64,000 bases of DNA. Source: Nitrospirota bacterium (GTDB taxonomy: Bacteria; Nitrospirota; Nitrospiria; Nitrospirales; NS-4). A program made the translations under genes and the position numbers. A model generated the notes under the pieces. The model made no database searches, was not told the DNA's origin, and saw nothing but the letters and a program-made list of their open reading frames with translations. The DNA lies in contig CAWBGA010000013.1 in NCBI GenBank assembly GCA_963788195.1, positions 160,001 through 224,000 of the forward strand. The letters are read 5' to 3'. This document shows, piece after piece, positions 47,990-60,148 of the stretch. Numbering within the stretch: position 1 is the first letter of the stretch; the number at the start of each line of letters is the position of its first letter.

Positions 47990-49270
47990 ATGGACCTTTT
48001 TTCCTCGGATGCCCCCCCGGGGGTTGAGATACCTGGGCCCCTAGCCGATCGCATGCGCCCGTCGTCACTTGACGACCTGCTTGGACAGGACGACGTCATC
48101 GGTCAGGGCCGCTCTTTGCGGCTTGCCATTGAGCAGGACACCTTGACCTCAGTCATCCTATGGGGTCCACCCGGAAGCGGCAAGACATCACTGGCCCATC
48201 TCATCGCGCTGCACACAAAGGCTCACTTCGTTAAATTCTCCGCGGTGACGAGCGGCCTGCCCGAATTACGTAAAGTCATACAAGCAGCCGAGCAGCGCCG
48301 CAGGGTCAGCGGCCGACGGACGATCCTATTTGTGGATGAGATTCATCGTTTCAATAAGGGCCAGCAGGATGCCTTCCTGCCCCACGTCGAGAGTGGCGCG
48401 ATTACCCTCGTCGGGGCGACGACCGAGAACCCCTCATTTGAAGTCGTCTCACCACTACTGTCTCGCTCGTTGGTGGTGGTGCTACAACCCCTTTCAGAAC
48501 CCGCTCTCATGAAGATACTCACCAAGGCGCTGGTGGATGCCGAGCGGGGTCTAGGGCGGTACTCCGTGGATCTGAAAGAGGATGCGCTGCGGCAGTTGGC
48601 CGCCTTTGGGAATGGCGATGCCCGTGTCGCTTTGAATGCCTTGGAATTTGCGGTGCTCCATACGCCGCCCGCAAAGGACGGGCGTGTTCGGTTGGATGGC
48701 CCGGCGTTGGCCGAGGCGCTGCAGAAGAAGAGCTTGCGCTACGACAAGAGCGGAGAGGAGCATTACAACCTGATCTCCGCCTTCATCAAAAGTCTTCGAG
48801 ACTCGGATGCGGACGGCGCGCTCTACTGGATGGCCCGCATGCTCGAAGGCGGAGAATCGCCGCGATATATTGCCCGCCGCATGGTGATCTTCGCCTCGGA
48901 GGATGTCGGGAATGCGCAACCGCTTGCGCTCGTCGTCGCCGAGGCGGTTTCGCGGGCGGTCGAATTTGTGGGGCTTCCTGAGTGCCGGTTGAACTTGGCC
49001 CAGGGTGCCACGTATCTGGCAACCTGCCCGAAGGATAACGCTTCGTATCAGGGTCTGATCGAAGCGACAAACGATGCCCAGGAATATGGCAACCTGCCGG
49101 TCCCGTTGCACTTGCGAAATGCGCCGACCTCTCTCATGCGCGGTCTCGACTACGGCAAAGGGTATCGGTACGTGCACGAAGAACCGGAAGCTCAAACGGA
49201 GCAGACCCACCTGCCTGAGGAACTGGGAAGAAAAAAGTACTATCGGCCTAAGCCGGCGAAGCCTACGTAA
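47990..49270 (+). CDS. rarA: Replication-associated recombination protein A
   Basis: PLADRMRP, WGPPGSGKT, DEIHRFNK, GATTENP, ISAFIKS, VPLHLRNAPT. Confidence 0.93.
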   Translation: MDLFSSDAPPGVEIPGPLADRMRPSSLDDLLGQDDVIGQGRSLRLAIEQDTLTSVILWGPPGSGKTSLAHLIALHTKAHFVKFSAVTSGLPELRKVIQAAEQRRRVSGRRTILFVDEIHRFNKGQQDAFLPHVESGAITLVGATTENPSFEVVSPLLSRSLVVVLQPLSEPALMKILTKALVDAERGLGRYSVDLKEDALRQLAAFGNGDARVALNALEFAVLHTPPAKDGRVRLDGPALAEALQKKSLRYDKSGEEHYNLISAFIKSLRDSDADGALYWMARMLEGGESPRYIARRMVIFASEDVGNAQPLALVVAEAVSRAVEFVGLPECRLNLAQGATYLATCPKDNASYQGLIEATNDAQEYGNLPVPLHLRNAPTSLMRGLDYGKGYRYVHEEPEAQTEQTHLPEELGRKKYYRPKPAKPT

Positions 49271-49271
49271 G

Positions 49272-51131
49272 TTATGACCCGGGAGCGGCTGTTTGACTGT
49301 CCAGTTCTTTGATCTCGGTTTTGACGCCTTCGGCTTCCTCACATAGGGTCGCCCATTGGGCCGTTCGCGCTGTTTGCTCCCTGACCCAGCGTTCACGCTC
49401 GGTGCTCATCGCCTCCCAGCGCACAGGGTCCTGGTACAGAGTGCTGGTGGCTAATTCTGCATCCCGCGCCTGAATCATGGTCTCTGCCGTGGCGATCTCT
49501 TCCTCTAGGCGCGAGATTTGCCGATTGGCCCGCCCGAGAGCTTTGCTTAAATCACGTCGACGTCCGCCGACACCCTTCTCGCCTTTTTCACGCCCTGTTG
49601 AAGCGGTAGATTTTTGTTGGGTTGTGGGCGCTGATTGGTCTTCGGGGGCTCCCTTTATCGATTCAATCTCCTGCGTCTTTTTCCACAGATAATATTCATA
49701 GTCTCCGTGATAATCGCGGGCTTGGCCATTGTCGATTTCAATGACGCGCGTCGCCACCCGTGTTAGAAAAACCGGATCGTGCGAGATAAAGACGAGAGTT
49801 CCAGGGAAATCCACGAGGGCGTCGGTCAGGACGTCCACGGAAGGGGGATCAAGATGATTGGTCGGCTCATCGAGCAGGAGGGTATTTGCCGGTTCGACCA
49901 TCATGCGGGCCAGCGCGACGCGATTGCGCTCGCCACCGCTCAAGACCTTGATAAACTTTTTTTGATTCGCGCCTTCAAACAAAAAGGCACCGGCCAGTCC
50001 GCGAATGAAATTCATTTCCGTGCGCGGGGCGACCTCTCCGATCGCCTCAAGGACCGTATGCTCTTGATTGAGGATATCGGCCTGATGTTGCGCAAAGTAA
50101 TGAAGGGTAACGCCATGGCCGACGGCCCGGGTTCCGGCATCTGGAGCAAGTACCCCCGCCAACAGTTTGAGCAAGGTACTTTTACCGGCCCCATTTTCGC
50201 CGACCAGGGCGACCCGCTGACCCCGCTCAACGGAAAAATCCAGGGAGCGATACACCACGCTCTCCCCGTACGCTTTTGCGATACCTTTCAGATCGAGGAC
50301 ATGGCGGCCGGACGCCGGAGGGACGGGGAAACGAAAGCGCACCCGTTTAGGATCCCGGGTGCGCTCAATCCGCTTGACCTTCTCTAATTGCTTGAGCCGC
50401 GACTGTACCTGGCTCGCCTTGGTCGCCTGATAGCGGAACCGGTCCACGAACTTCTGTACCCGGCCGATCTCCTTGTCCTGCCGGTCAGCCGCGGCGGCTT
50501 GAGCAGCCTCATAGGCCTCCCGCCACGCGATATATTTCGTGTAGTTTCCGACGCTTTCCATGATGCGATGATGCCGAATCTCCCAGATGTGCGTCACCAC
50601 TCGATCAAGAAACGCCGTATCGTGGCTGATCACGAGGATGGTAAAAGGAGACTTCAGAAGAAAGTCTTCAAACCACCGCTGGGTCGCCTTGTCCAGGTGA
50701 TTTGTGGGCTCGTCCAATAATAGGACATCGGGCGCCGACAGCAACAAATGGGCGAGCGCCACCCGCATTCGGAACCCGCCGGAGAGGGCCGAGAGCGGCC
50801 GGGTGAAATCGGTCTCCGTAAAGCCTAACCCGGACAGAATCCGCTTCGCTTCATGCTCCGGATATAAGCCGCGGTGTGTCGCATCCACAGCGGTATGTCC
50901 CGGAATCGTTTCAAGATCCTGGGGAAGGTAGCCAATTTTCAGGCGCGGGCGTTTGCGAATCCGACCGTTATCGACCTCGTGCTCGCCGAGGACAAGCCGC
51001 AGGAGGGTGGTCTTCCCGACCCCGTTGGGCCCGACTAACCCTACGCGTGTGCCAGGCCGCAGATGCACCGTGGCGTCTTTTAGAAGGACCTTCGTGGAAA
51101 ACTGTTTGCTGACTGACTCGAGTTGCAGCAT
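49272..51131 (-). CDS. ABC-F family ATPase
   Basis: Two ABC domains, no TMs, LDEPTNHLD twice, C-terminal coiled coil. Confidence 0.9.
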   Translation of the reverse strand: MLQLESVSKQFSTKVLLKDATVHLRPGTRVGLVGPNGVGKTTLLRLVLGEHEVDNGRIRKRPRLKIGYLPQDLETIPGHTAVDATHRGLYPEHEAKRILSGLGFTETDFTRPLSALSGGFRMRVALAHLLLSAPDVLLLDEPTNHLDKATQRWFEDFLLKSPFTILVISHDTAFLDRVVTHIWEIRHHRIMESVGNYTKYIAWREAYEAAQAAAADRQDKEIGRVQKFVDRFRYQATKASQVQSRLKQLEKVKRIERTRDPKRVRFRFPVPPASGRHVLDLKGIAKAYGESVVYRSLDFSVERGQRVALVGENGAGKSTLLKLLAGVLAPDAGTRAVGHGVTLHYFAQHQADILNQEHTVLEAIGEVAPRTEMNFIRGLAGAFLFEGANQKKFIKVLSGGERNRVALARMMVEPANTLLLDEPTNHLDPPSVDVLTDALVDFPGTLVFISHDPVFLTRVATRVIEIDNGQARDYHGDYEYYLWKKTQEIESIKGAPEDQSAPTTQQKSTASTGREKGEKGVGGRRRDLSKALGRANRQISRLEEEIATAETMIQARDAELATSTLYQDPVRWEAMSTERERWVREQTARTAQWATLCEEAEGVKTEIKELDSQTAAPGS

Positions 51132-51379
51132 TAGTACTTCGACTCCTGCGTAAGACTGTAGCCTTTTTTTGTCATGCATCCCTTGAGCTCGCTCGCGTAC
51201 GCCGGCGAGTTTTTGTCGGCGCCGTACCATCCGTACTTATCCCGTAATTCGATGCGGCATTCGTACAGGGCGATCTCCATTTCGGATTCTATTTTTCCTT
51301 GCTGATACCAGAAGTCTTTCCCAGCACAAGCCGGCAGAATGAGCATCAACAAGATAATGGCGGCTGCGCGCATTTTCAT
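51131..51379 (-). CDS. Small putative lipoprotein
   Basis: GGAG RBS; LPAC lipobox; CM..KGY end. Confidence 0.65.
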   Translation of the reverse strand: MKMRAAAIILLMLILPACAGKDFWYQQGKIESEMEIALYECRIELRDKYGWYGADKNSPAYASELKGCMTKKGYSLTQESKY

Positions 51380-51550
51380 GTCTCCTCCGGGAAGTGACCG
51401 ATGGCGCCTACATGAGCGATGCTAGCGACGGGAGCCGGCGAGCGCCGGCCGTCTGAATGCTGAGAGGGGCCGCATAAAGATAGAATACAACATTAGGCCA
51501 GGAAAATCGAGGGGATTAGCACCCATCGCAGGGATGCCAAGCGGGAAAGA

Positions 51551-51886
51551 TCAGCGGAGGGAAAGGCTGGGCAGCGTGGGCTGAATCGGACAGGAAAAAA
51601 GCGCAAGCAGAGGAGCGCGGAACGAAATAGTACTCGGGTCGACCGGCGCGCTGCTGTTCTGAATGTGCACCGTACCATCGTGACTGCGGGAAAGAACCAG
51701 GAGGGGCTGCACGAGCAATTGTCCCACTTCTTGCCGGAGCGTCATTACCGGGGTTGCGCCAAAATCGAAGGCGGACATTCCGCCGATGCCCCGGTCCTTA
51801 TAGGGTAGGAAGTTCCCAAATCCGGTGCATCCCGGCGTGAAGATGAGCAGCGACAGCAGCATTGTGATAAGCGAACGAGGCACCAT
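51551..51886 (-). CDS. Hypothetical lipoprotein
   Basis: AAGGAG RBS; hydrophobic leader with TPGC. Confidence 0.4.
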   Translation of the reverse strand: MVPRSLITMLLSLLIFTPGCTGFGNFLPYKDRGIGGMSAFDFGATPVMTLRQEVGQLLVQPLLVLSRSHDGTVHIQNSSAPVDPSTISFRAPLLALFSCPIQPTLPSLSLR

Positions 51887-52329
51887 AAACTCCTTGCCCT
51901 GACCGGGGATAACACTATCGGCCTGAAGTCTTATCGGAACGGGAGGAGAGAAACGTAACTCAGACGGCTTCTTAGAGGCGCGGGTACACTGGAACTTGTG
52001 GAACCTGCTACTTTCAGGTAGGTTGACCGCTTCATGCGCTTAACGTAGGTATACTTAAGTTTTAAGGGCTTATGCTGTTTGGAAGGGCATTTTGTAAGAG
52101 CTGATGCTCTGCAAGGTGCTCCTGTCACTTCGCTGACGGTCACTTACTAGATTGGGGTCTTGTCACGTATTAGGTTTGGGGGTGGCTGGACTCCTGGCCT
52201 AGAATGACCGCGCTTTGCGGCCGACGCTCCAACTTTCGTTTGTCAGGGAAACCCTGACAGACAGGCGGGGAAAACTCTTCTATGGTTCCGATAACGGAGA
52301 CATATCTCCGAGCGGAAAGAAGGAAACCA

Positions 52330-55300
52330 ATGGTAGTGAAAGCGATCATGTTGCTGGCCGTTGCTTTGCTGATAAGCGCCTTACTGGTTCCCACCGAGGC
52401 GCAAGTGACGCCGCCTCTTACCTCATCAGGACTCAATACACAGGTCAGTGCTCCGACACCGGTGACTGGTGGAAAGACTCAGTACGACATTACAGGGGGA
52501 ACCAGACCGAACAGCGGCCCTAACCTGTTTCATAGTTTTGGAAAGTTCGATGTTCCGACGAACAACATCGCGAACTTTCTCAACGACACCAACACGCCGA
52601 CCACGAATATCCTGAGTCGTGTCACCGGCGGGACTCCATCCAATATCTTCGGCACCATACAGACCACGGGTTTCCCGGGCGCACATCTTTTCCTCATGAA
52701 TCCCGCCGGCGTCGTGTTTGGCCCCACGGCTCAGTTGAATGTCGAGGGCTCCTTTCACGTCACCACGGCGGATTATTTGCGAATGACGGATGGCGCCAAA
52801 TTTCACGTCGATCCGGTGCAGCCCAGTGTGCTGTCAGTCGCTCCCGTCGCAGCGTTTGGATTTACGGCGGCCAAGCCGGTGGCGATCACTGTTCAGGGCA
52901 GCACCCTCGAGGTACCAACCCAGCAAGGGCTGTCAATAGTCGGCGGCGATTTCACATTGACCGGGGGCACCCTGCGTGCATTTGGCGGGCGGATTCAGAT
53001 CGCGAGCGTAGCCTCAAGCGGCGAGGTGATCCCGAGCGGGGCCGGTCAGCCGCTTGCCCTCGATGTGTCCTCATTTACTCGACTGGGCTCGGTTACGGAA
53101 TCAGCATCTTCCAACCTCTCCGTGAGCGCGCCCACGACGACCTCGACAATCGGAGCGGGCACGGTACTGATCCGTGCCAATCAGCTGACTGTCGCTTCGA
53201 GCGGTATCAACGCGACGACTGCAGTCACAAACGGCGCCTCAGTGGGCATCGATCTTAACGTCACCGAAAAGATCCTGCTCACCGGGTCCACTGCTCAGAC
53301 AGCAGCCAACGGAGCCGGGCGGGCAGGCGACATACGGATCCAGACCGACACGTTGCAAGTCGATGGCGCAGGTATCTTAGGCAGAGCACTCAGCGGAACG
53401 GGGGACGGCGGTGCGATCGATGTCAATGCCAGATTAGTGGACCTGCGCAATGGCTTTGGTATCCAAACGTTTACGAACGCCGGCGGCCGCGCCGGAAATA
53501 TCACGCTGCGTGCAGATCGCCTCGAGATCCGGGACGGAGCCAATATCTTTTCTGGGGGACTGGGCACAGGATCAGGAGGCATCATCGATGTCGCGGTGAA
53601 AGAACTTTTTGGTTCGGCCACAAATCTCGCGAGTGTACAGAACTGTGCTCAATGTAATACCGGCATCAACGCCCAGGCCGGGTTTGGGTCGCGGGGAGGG
53701 AGCGTCCGCGTCCACGCCGATAACATTCAGCTGTTCGATGGAGCAGTCATTCTAAGTCAACTCTTCAGTATAGGGCCGGGAGCGAACATGGAAGTCACGG
53801 CGAAGGATATTCTTTTATCCGGGACTGTCACTGTGACAGGCTCCAGCGGGCCGGTGACCCACTTTGCGACGATCGGTTCAACCCTGAGCGGGACCTTCGC
53901 CACTGGCACCGGCGGAAATGTCACGGTCAATGCGGAGAACATCGAGCTCACCAACAATGGTCGGATCTTCAGTAGCCTTATTTTCAGCGCGCCGGGTAAT
54001 GCCGGTAACACGGCGGTCAACACCGGCACCCTGAACATCCACGATCGCGGAGGAGTGTTTGCCACTTCGTTTCTCGGTACGGGCAATAGCGGGGACATCG
54101 ACATTACGGCGAAAGAGATCACTATTTCAGGAGTGCGGAATTCCCTGGATCCAGGAGGCGTGGCGGATTTCACCGGGCTCTCGGCGTCGACCCTTTCCGG
54201 GCGCGGAGGGACGCTACGTGTGACGACGGATGATCTCTTCGTGAGGGACAAGGGGATTATCGCTTCGACGACATTCGGGACGGGGAATTCCGGAAACATC
54301 CAGATCGCTGCGAAGAATGTTTCGGTCACCGACGCGGGACAAATGACTGCTGTCACAGGGGGATCCGGCCGGGGAGGCAACATCGACATTATTGCCGACA
54401 ATGTCGCTGTCACTGGCCAAGCTCTTGTGCCCGGGGCGTTGGACGCCGGCGCCGCGGTTATTACGTCACGGTCGCAAGCCGGCGGCGATGCCGGCTCGAT
54501 CACGATTGTTGCAAAGCAGCTTGACGTCTCGAACGGCGGCGCCATAAACAACGATGCCCTTGCTGCCGGGAAAGGCGGCAACATTCAGATCCAGGCCGGT
54601 CAGATGCAGGTTGAGAACCTCGCCAGCGTGTCAGCCGGAACCTTTGGCAAGGGGAATGCGGGGAACATCAGTCTGAGTGGGGATAGCCTCATCGTGACGT
54701 CCGGGGGCCGGGTCGAGGCCGGCACTTCCGCCCAGGGCGCCGGCGGCACCATCAACATCACGACCACCGGCGATGTGACGATATCAGGAGTGAGCGCAGA
54801 CGGCCAGACCCGCAGCGGGATCTTTGCCAAGACGCAAACCAGCGGGAGCGGCAGCGGTGGGGGGTCGGGTGGCGGTGGTTCGGGTGGCGGAAGCGGGGGC
54901 GGAGGTGCGGTCCCAAGCACCATCCCGGGCAATGCCGGTGACATCAATATCACCGCCAAGAACCTCTTGCTCGACCTAGCGGGCCCAGGTCGATAGCAGC
55001 ACTACGAGCGGCGGGGCCGGCGGCGGTGTATCCATCAACGTGGCAGAAGCTATCACCATTGTTGGTTCAGGCACACGCCTCACTTCAGATGCGTCGCGGG
55101 GGGACGGCCCCGGCGGCAACCTCATTCTGCAGGCACAGAATATTACCGTGGGCGACAAGGCCAGCGTGACGGCCGCGACAGGCGGCAAGGGCGATGCCGG
55201 CAGTATCGCCATGACCGCTCAGAACACGTTGCTGCTGCAATCCGGCGGCACGGTTTCCACCAGCACAAGAGGCGCAGGTAAAGGCGGGACGATCCTGATT

Positions 55301-56723
55301 AATGCCAATCAGCTGATTTTAGACGGCCCGGGCACTAGTATTATCGCGGACACGTTACGGCCTTTTGCCGATCTTGGTGTGACGCTGGAGATTCTGCACA
55401 CCAACGACGGAGATCTGGTGGCACAGCTCGACAGCCCAGCCGGCACAAGAGTCGCGCTTTTTTCCCGTGTCGGTGGCAACGGTGATAACTTCACGGGGAC
55501 GACACTCGATGACCAGTCTGCTACTCCGATCACAGGCGGAAAGTCGCCCTTTACCGGGACCTTCCAACCCCGCGAGCCCCTGGCCCAACTCATTGACCAG
55601 CCTGCGACGGGCACCTGGACGTTGAATATCCGGGACAGCGCCACAGGGAACACCGGACAGCTCAAGAACTGGTCCATACGGATCGGCGACCAGGTTTTTC
55701 AGTCCGCGAATGTTCCCGCAACGATTCCCGACAATGGAGTGCTCCAATCTGCCGTGACGGTGGCCGGCCCGGCCGGCGCCAGGGTCACAGGCATCGGTGA
55801 AGTCCCGGGCATCGGTGGGGATATCACGATCCAGGCCGGCGCCGTGACGATTCAGAACGGCGCCACGCTCTCCGCGACGAACCGCGGTTCGGGCAAAGGC
55901 GGCACCCTGCATGTGAATGCGACGGGGCCGGTCATCTTGACGGGCGCGAACAGTGGACTCTTCACCGATGCGGAAGCCAGCGGGCCCGGAGGCAGCATCA
56001 ATGTGCACGCCGCTCGTGTAGATCTGACTAGCGGCACGACGGTTTCAGCCGCCAGCTCCGGCACCGGCAATGCTGGCAATATCAGCATCACAGCTGCGGA
56101 CCAGTTGGTCATGACCGACAGCTCGGTGACGACGGAGGCCGGTCTGGCCGACGGCGGCAACATCAGTTTGAGAGCGGACAACTTGATACATCTCACGAAT
56201 ACCACAATCTCCTCGAGCGTGGGCAATCCCGACCTCACCACGACCACCGGCGGGAATATCTTCATCGATCCCCAGTTCGTCATTCTGAAGAACAGCAAGA
56301 TCCTGGCCAATGCCTTCGCGGGAACGGGGGGAAATATCAACATCGTAGCAGGAGTCCTTTTGCTTGATCCGCTTAGCATCATTGATGCCTCCTCAGCGAA
56401 AGGGGTGTCCGGCACGATCACGATCCAGTCGCCTCTGTCTAATCTGAGCGGGACCCTCGCCCCGCTGCCGCAAACATTCCTGCGCACCGGAGCGCTGCTC
56501 AGCTCACGGTGTGTCGCGCGACTCGGGGGTCCGGCCAGCAGCTTCGTCGTTGCCGGGCGCGATGCGATCCCGATGGAGCCGGGCGGCTTGCTGCCGAGCC
56601 CGCTCGCTCGAGCCCGGACCGCACCTGTCCGTCGCGGAGTCGAGCGCTGCGGCCACGGTCTTGCACGCTACGGCCCTGTCCGCCGGGCTTACGACAGACC
56701 TGGCTCAGGGATGTGGCTCGTGA
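52330..56723 (+). CDS. TpsA1 filamentous-haemagglutinin-like exoprotein, indels near 54975 and 56608
   Basis: Signal peptide, NLFHSF, NILSRVTGG, MNPAGVVFG TPS motif; Gly-rich beta-helix repeats; SSFVVAGR..P C-terminus. Confidence 0.88.
52398..52811 (+). repeat. TPS-domain direct repeat, copy 1 (copy 2 at 56827-57241)
   Basis: Near-identical with mostly synonymous differences. Confidence 0.92.
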
Positions 56724-56833
56724 GCCGACACCGTCAGTCGCGACGCATGATAGGTTCAGCGAGTCTGGGGCGGCTGCTTGTTATTGCTGCGGCCCACCTT
56801 GTTCTGATCCATCATGGCGGAGCCTTGGCGCAA
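56093..56833 (+). repeat. TpsA C-terminus plus leader direct repeat, copy 1 (copy 2 at 59519-60258)
   Basis: ~740 bp near-identical; one extra T in copy 1 near 56608. Confidence 0.92.
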
Positions 56834-59800
56834 GTGACGCCGCCTCTTACCTCATCGGGACTCAATACACAGGTCAGTGCTCCGACACCGGTGACTGGTG
56901 GAAAGACTCAGTACGACATTACAGGGGGGACCAGACCGAACAGTGGACCTAATCTGTTTCACAGTTTTGGAAAGTTCGATGTTCCGACGAACAACATCGC
57001 GAACTTTCTCAACGACACCAACATACCTACTACGAATATCCTGAGTCGTGTCACCGGCGGGAATCCATCCAATATCTTCGGCACCATCCAGACCACGGGT
57101 TTTCCGGGCGCACATCTGTTTCTCGATGAATCCTGCCGGCGTCGTCTTCGGCCCCACGGCGCAGCTGAATGTCGAGGGCTCCTTTCACGTCACCACGGCG
57201 GATTATTTGCGAATGACGGATGGCGCCAAATTTCACGCCGACACAAGCAAAGCCAGCACATTATCCGTCGCGCCCGTTCAGGCGTTCGGGTTTTTGAGCG
57301 ACAATCCGGCGCCCATCGCCGTCGAGGGCAGCTCCTTGACGGTTGCCAAAGGGAAAACGCTTTCCTTGATCGGCGGTGATCTTACCATTGAAGGCTCGTT
57401 CTTCTTAACCGGTGTTCCCACTATCACTCTCGATGCGCCCAGCGGACGTATTAATCTTGGGAGTGTGGCGTCAACAGGAGAAGTCGTTCTCGGTCCCTTT
57501 GAGCAGGGTCACGGATTAGAGATGGAAGGCTTCAACCGGCTTGGAACCATCACGATACTGCGAGACTCGATAATCAGCACCTCCGGCGAGAGCGGCGGCA
57601 CGATTGTCATCCGGGGTGGTCAATTAATCGGTTGATGGTTCCCTGATTATTGCGGACACGCTGGGAAATGAAAATGGGGCGCCCCTGGCCATTGATGCTC
57701 TCCTCATGGGGGACATGCTGGTGACGAATGGATCATTCGTTTCAGCAGACGCGTGGCAAGGAGGAAACGCGGGGAAGATTACGCTCAGCAGCGAGCGTTT
57801 ACAGATCGATAATGGAGCGGTGGTAGGGTCACATACAGTCATCGGTTCCAGCGGTGACGGGGGCCGGAGTGGAAATACAGACTGGCGATCTTCTGCTTTT
57901 AAGCGACGCTAAGATCCTCAGTACCACGAATGGACCTGGCAAGGCAGGTGATGTGGTTATTACCACTGGACACGTCACTGTCGCGGGAGGCGCTCAGTTA
58001 GCCAGCGCGACGTTCGGGCCAGGCGAGGGAGGCTCAGTACGGATTGTCGCGTCCGGAGCAGTCAACGTTTCCGGCACGAGTGATGGCTCCTTTCCGACTC
58101 AAATCACGACACAATCCTATGGTGTAGGCGGAGCAGGTGATATATCAGTCACAGCCCAAAGCGTCACGGTAGACGGCGGGGCGCAGGTGGGTAGTACCAC
58201 TTTTGGGGCGGGTCGGGGAGGGTCAGTGGGGATTGTGGCGACAGATACGGTGAACGTGTCTGGTGTCACGCCGGATGGCATGCTTCAAACCCAGTTGAGT
58301 GCGAATACCTTCGGCACTGGACCGGCAGGAGACGTAACTATAGCGGCACACAATGTAACGATTAAGGAAGGTGGTGCGGTAAGCAGCAGTACAAACGGAC
58401 CGGGCGCCGGAGGCTCGATAACTGTATTTGCCAACACGGTGACACTCGGGGCACCGGCGCTGAAGGTACATTACCCTATGGATTATTCTCTCAAGCCTTG
58501 GGCACTGAAATAGGGTCCGGAGGCGCGGGCACAATCGTGGTCACGGTAGAGAACGTCACGGTGAGCGGTGGAGCCCAAGTATCCAGTGGTACCTTTGGGC
58601 CCGGCCGCAGGCGGCACTGTGAGACTGACTGCAACCAACACGATAGAAGTTTCTGGTCGAAGTTCTAGCGGACAAGCTGGAAGTCACGTCTCGGCGAGTT
58701 CCAATGGCACTGAAGCCGGCTCAGGTGATGCCGGGGACGTCGTCGTCACGGCAAGAAACATTATTGTTGCGGGCGGAGCCGAGATAAGTAGCGGGACCTT
58801 CGGGCCACAAGCCGGAGGTTCGGTGCTTATCACTGCGACTGATAGCGTAATGGTGTCTGGAGCGGGAAATTCAAACCCAAGCCAGTTGTCGGTCTCTACA
58901 GAATCCATGGCATCTGGCGCCGGAGCAGGAGGTCAACTGGTGGTAACGGCCAACAATATTATTCTTACTGAAGGCGGGCAGGTGAGCAGCACGAGTTTTG
59001 GGGCGGGGCAGGGAGGTACCGTAACCCTGAATGCGACTGAAGCTGTGACGATGACAGGCACGTTTGCTGAGTTTCCAAGTGGCATATTTGCCCGGGCTGC
59101 AGGGATAGGAGAACATGCGGGGAATGGAGGAAATATCGTGGTGACGGGCCGCAATGTGACCGTTTCCGGAGGCGGCCGAATGGACAGTGCCACTCTCGGT
59201 CCTGGACAGGGAGGGACACTCCAAGTGACTGCGACGGAGAATCTCAGAATCTTGGGCACATCTGCGGATGGCAGGTTTGCAAGTGGATTGTTCGCAGGAA
59301 CCGAAAGCGATGCGGTAGATGCGGGGCACGGTGGAAACCTAAGACTCACGGCGCGCAATGTCATGGTGAGCGGCGGTGGCCAAGTAAGCAGCAATAGCTT
59401 CGGTCCTGGAGAGGGGGGCAGCATCCTCGTGTTCGCGTCAACAATTGATTTAACCCAGACCAGCTCGATTACTGCGCGCGGCCTGGGCGCCGGCAATGCA
59501 GGGATCATCGATATAACGGCTGCGGACCAGATGGTCATGGCCGACAGCTCGGTGACGACGGAAGCCGGTCTGGCCGACGGCGGCAACATCAGTTTGAGAG
59601 CGGACAACTTGATACATCTCACGAATACGACGGTCTCCTCGAGCGTCGGCAATCCCGACATCACCACAACCACCGGCGGGAATATCTTCATCGATCCCCA
59701 GTTCGTCATTCTGAAGAACAGCAAGATCCTGGCCAATGCCTTCGCGGGAACGGGGGGAAATATCAACATCGTAGCAGGAGTCCTTTTGCTCGATCCGCTT

Positions 59801-60148
59801 AGCGTCATTGATGCCTCCTCGGCGAAAGGGGTGTCCGGCACGATCACGATTCAGTCGCCTCTTTCTAATCTCAGCGGGACCCTCGCCCCGCTGCCGCAAA
59901 CATTCCTGCGCACCGGAGCGCTGCTCAGCTCCCGGTGTGTCGCGCGGCTCGGGGGTCCGGCCAGCAGCTTCGTCGTTGCCGGGCGCGATGCGATTCCGAT
60001 GGAGCCGGGCGGCTTGCTGCCGAGCCCGCTCGCCGAGTCCGGACCGCACCTGTCCGTCGCGGAGTCGAGCGCTGCGGCCACGGTCTTGCACGCTACGGCC
60101 CTGTCCGCCGGGCTTACGACAGATCTGGCTCAGGGATGTGGCTCGTGA
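56720..60148 (+). CDS. TpsA2 exoprotein, several frameshifts
   Basis: GTG overlaps the TpsA1 stop; TPS domain; different beta-helix repeats; same C-terminus as TpsA1. Confidence 0.82.

Noticed and set aside
51400..51500. attC-like site before the small lipoprotein gene
   Set aside because: Ends do not fit RYYYAAC/GTTRRRY, pairing is poor, and there is no integrase
55040..57379. ORF apparently fusing TpsA1 to TpsA2
   Set aside because: Caused by the extra T near 56608; the paralogous copy terminates at QGCGS*
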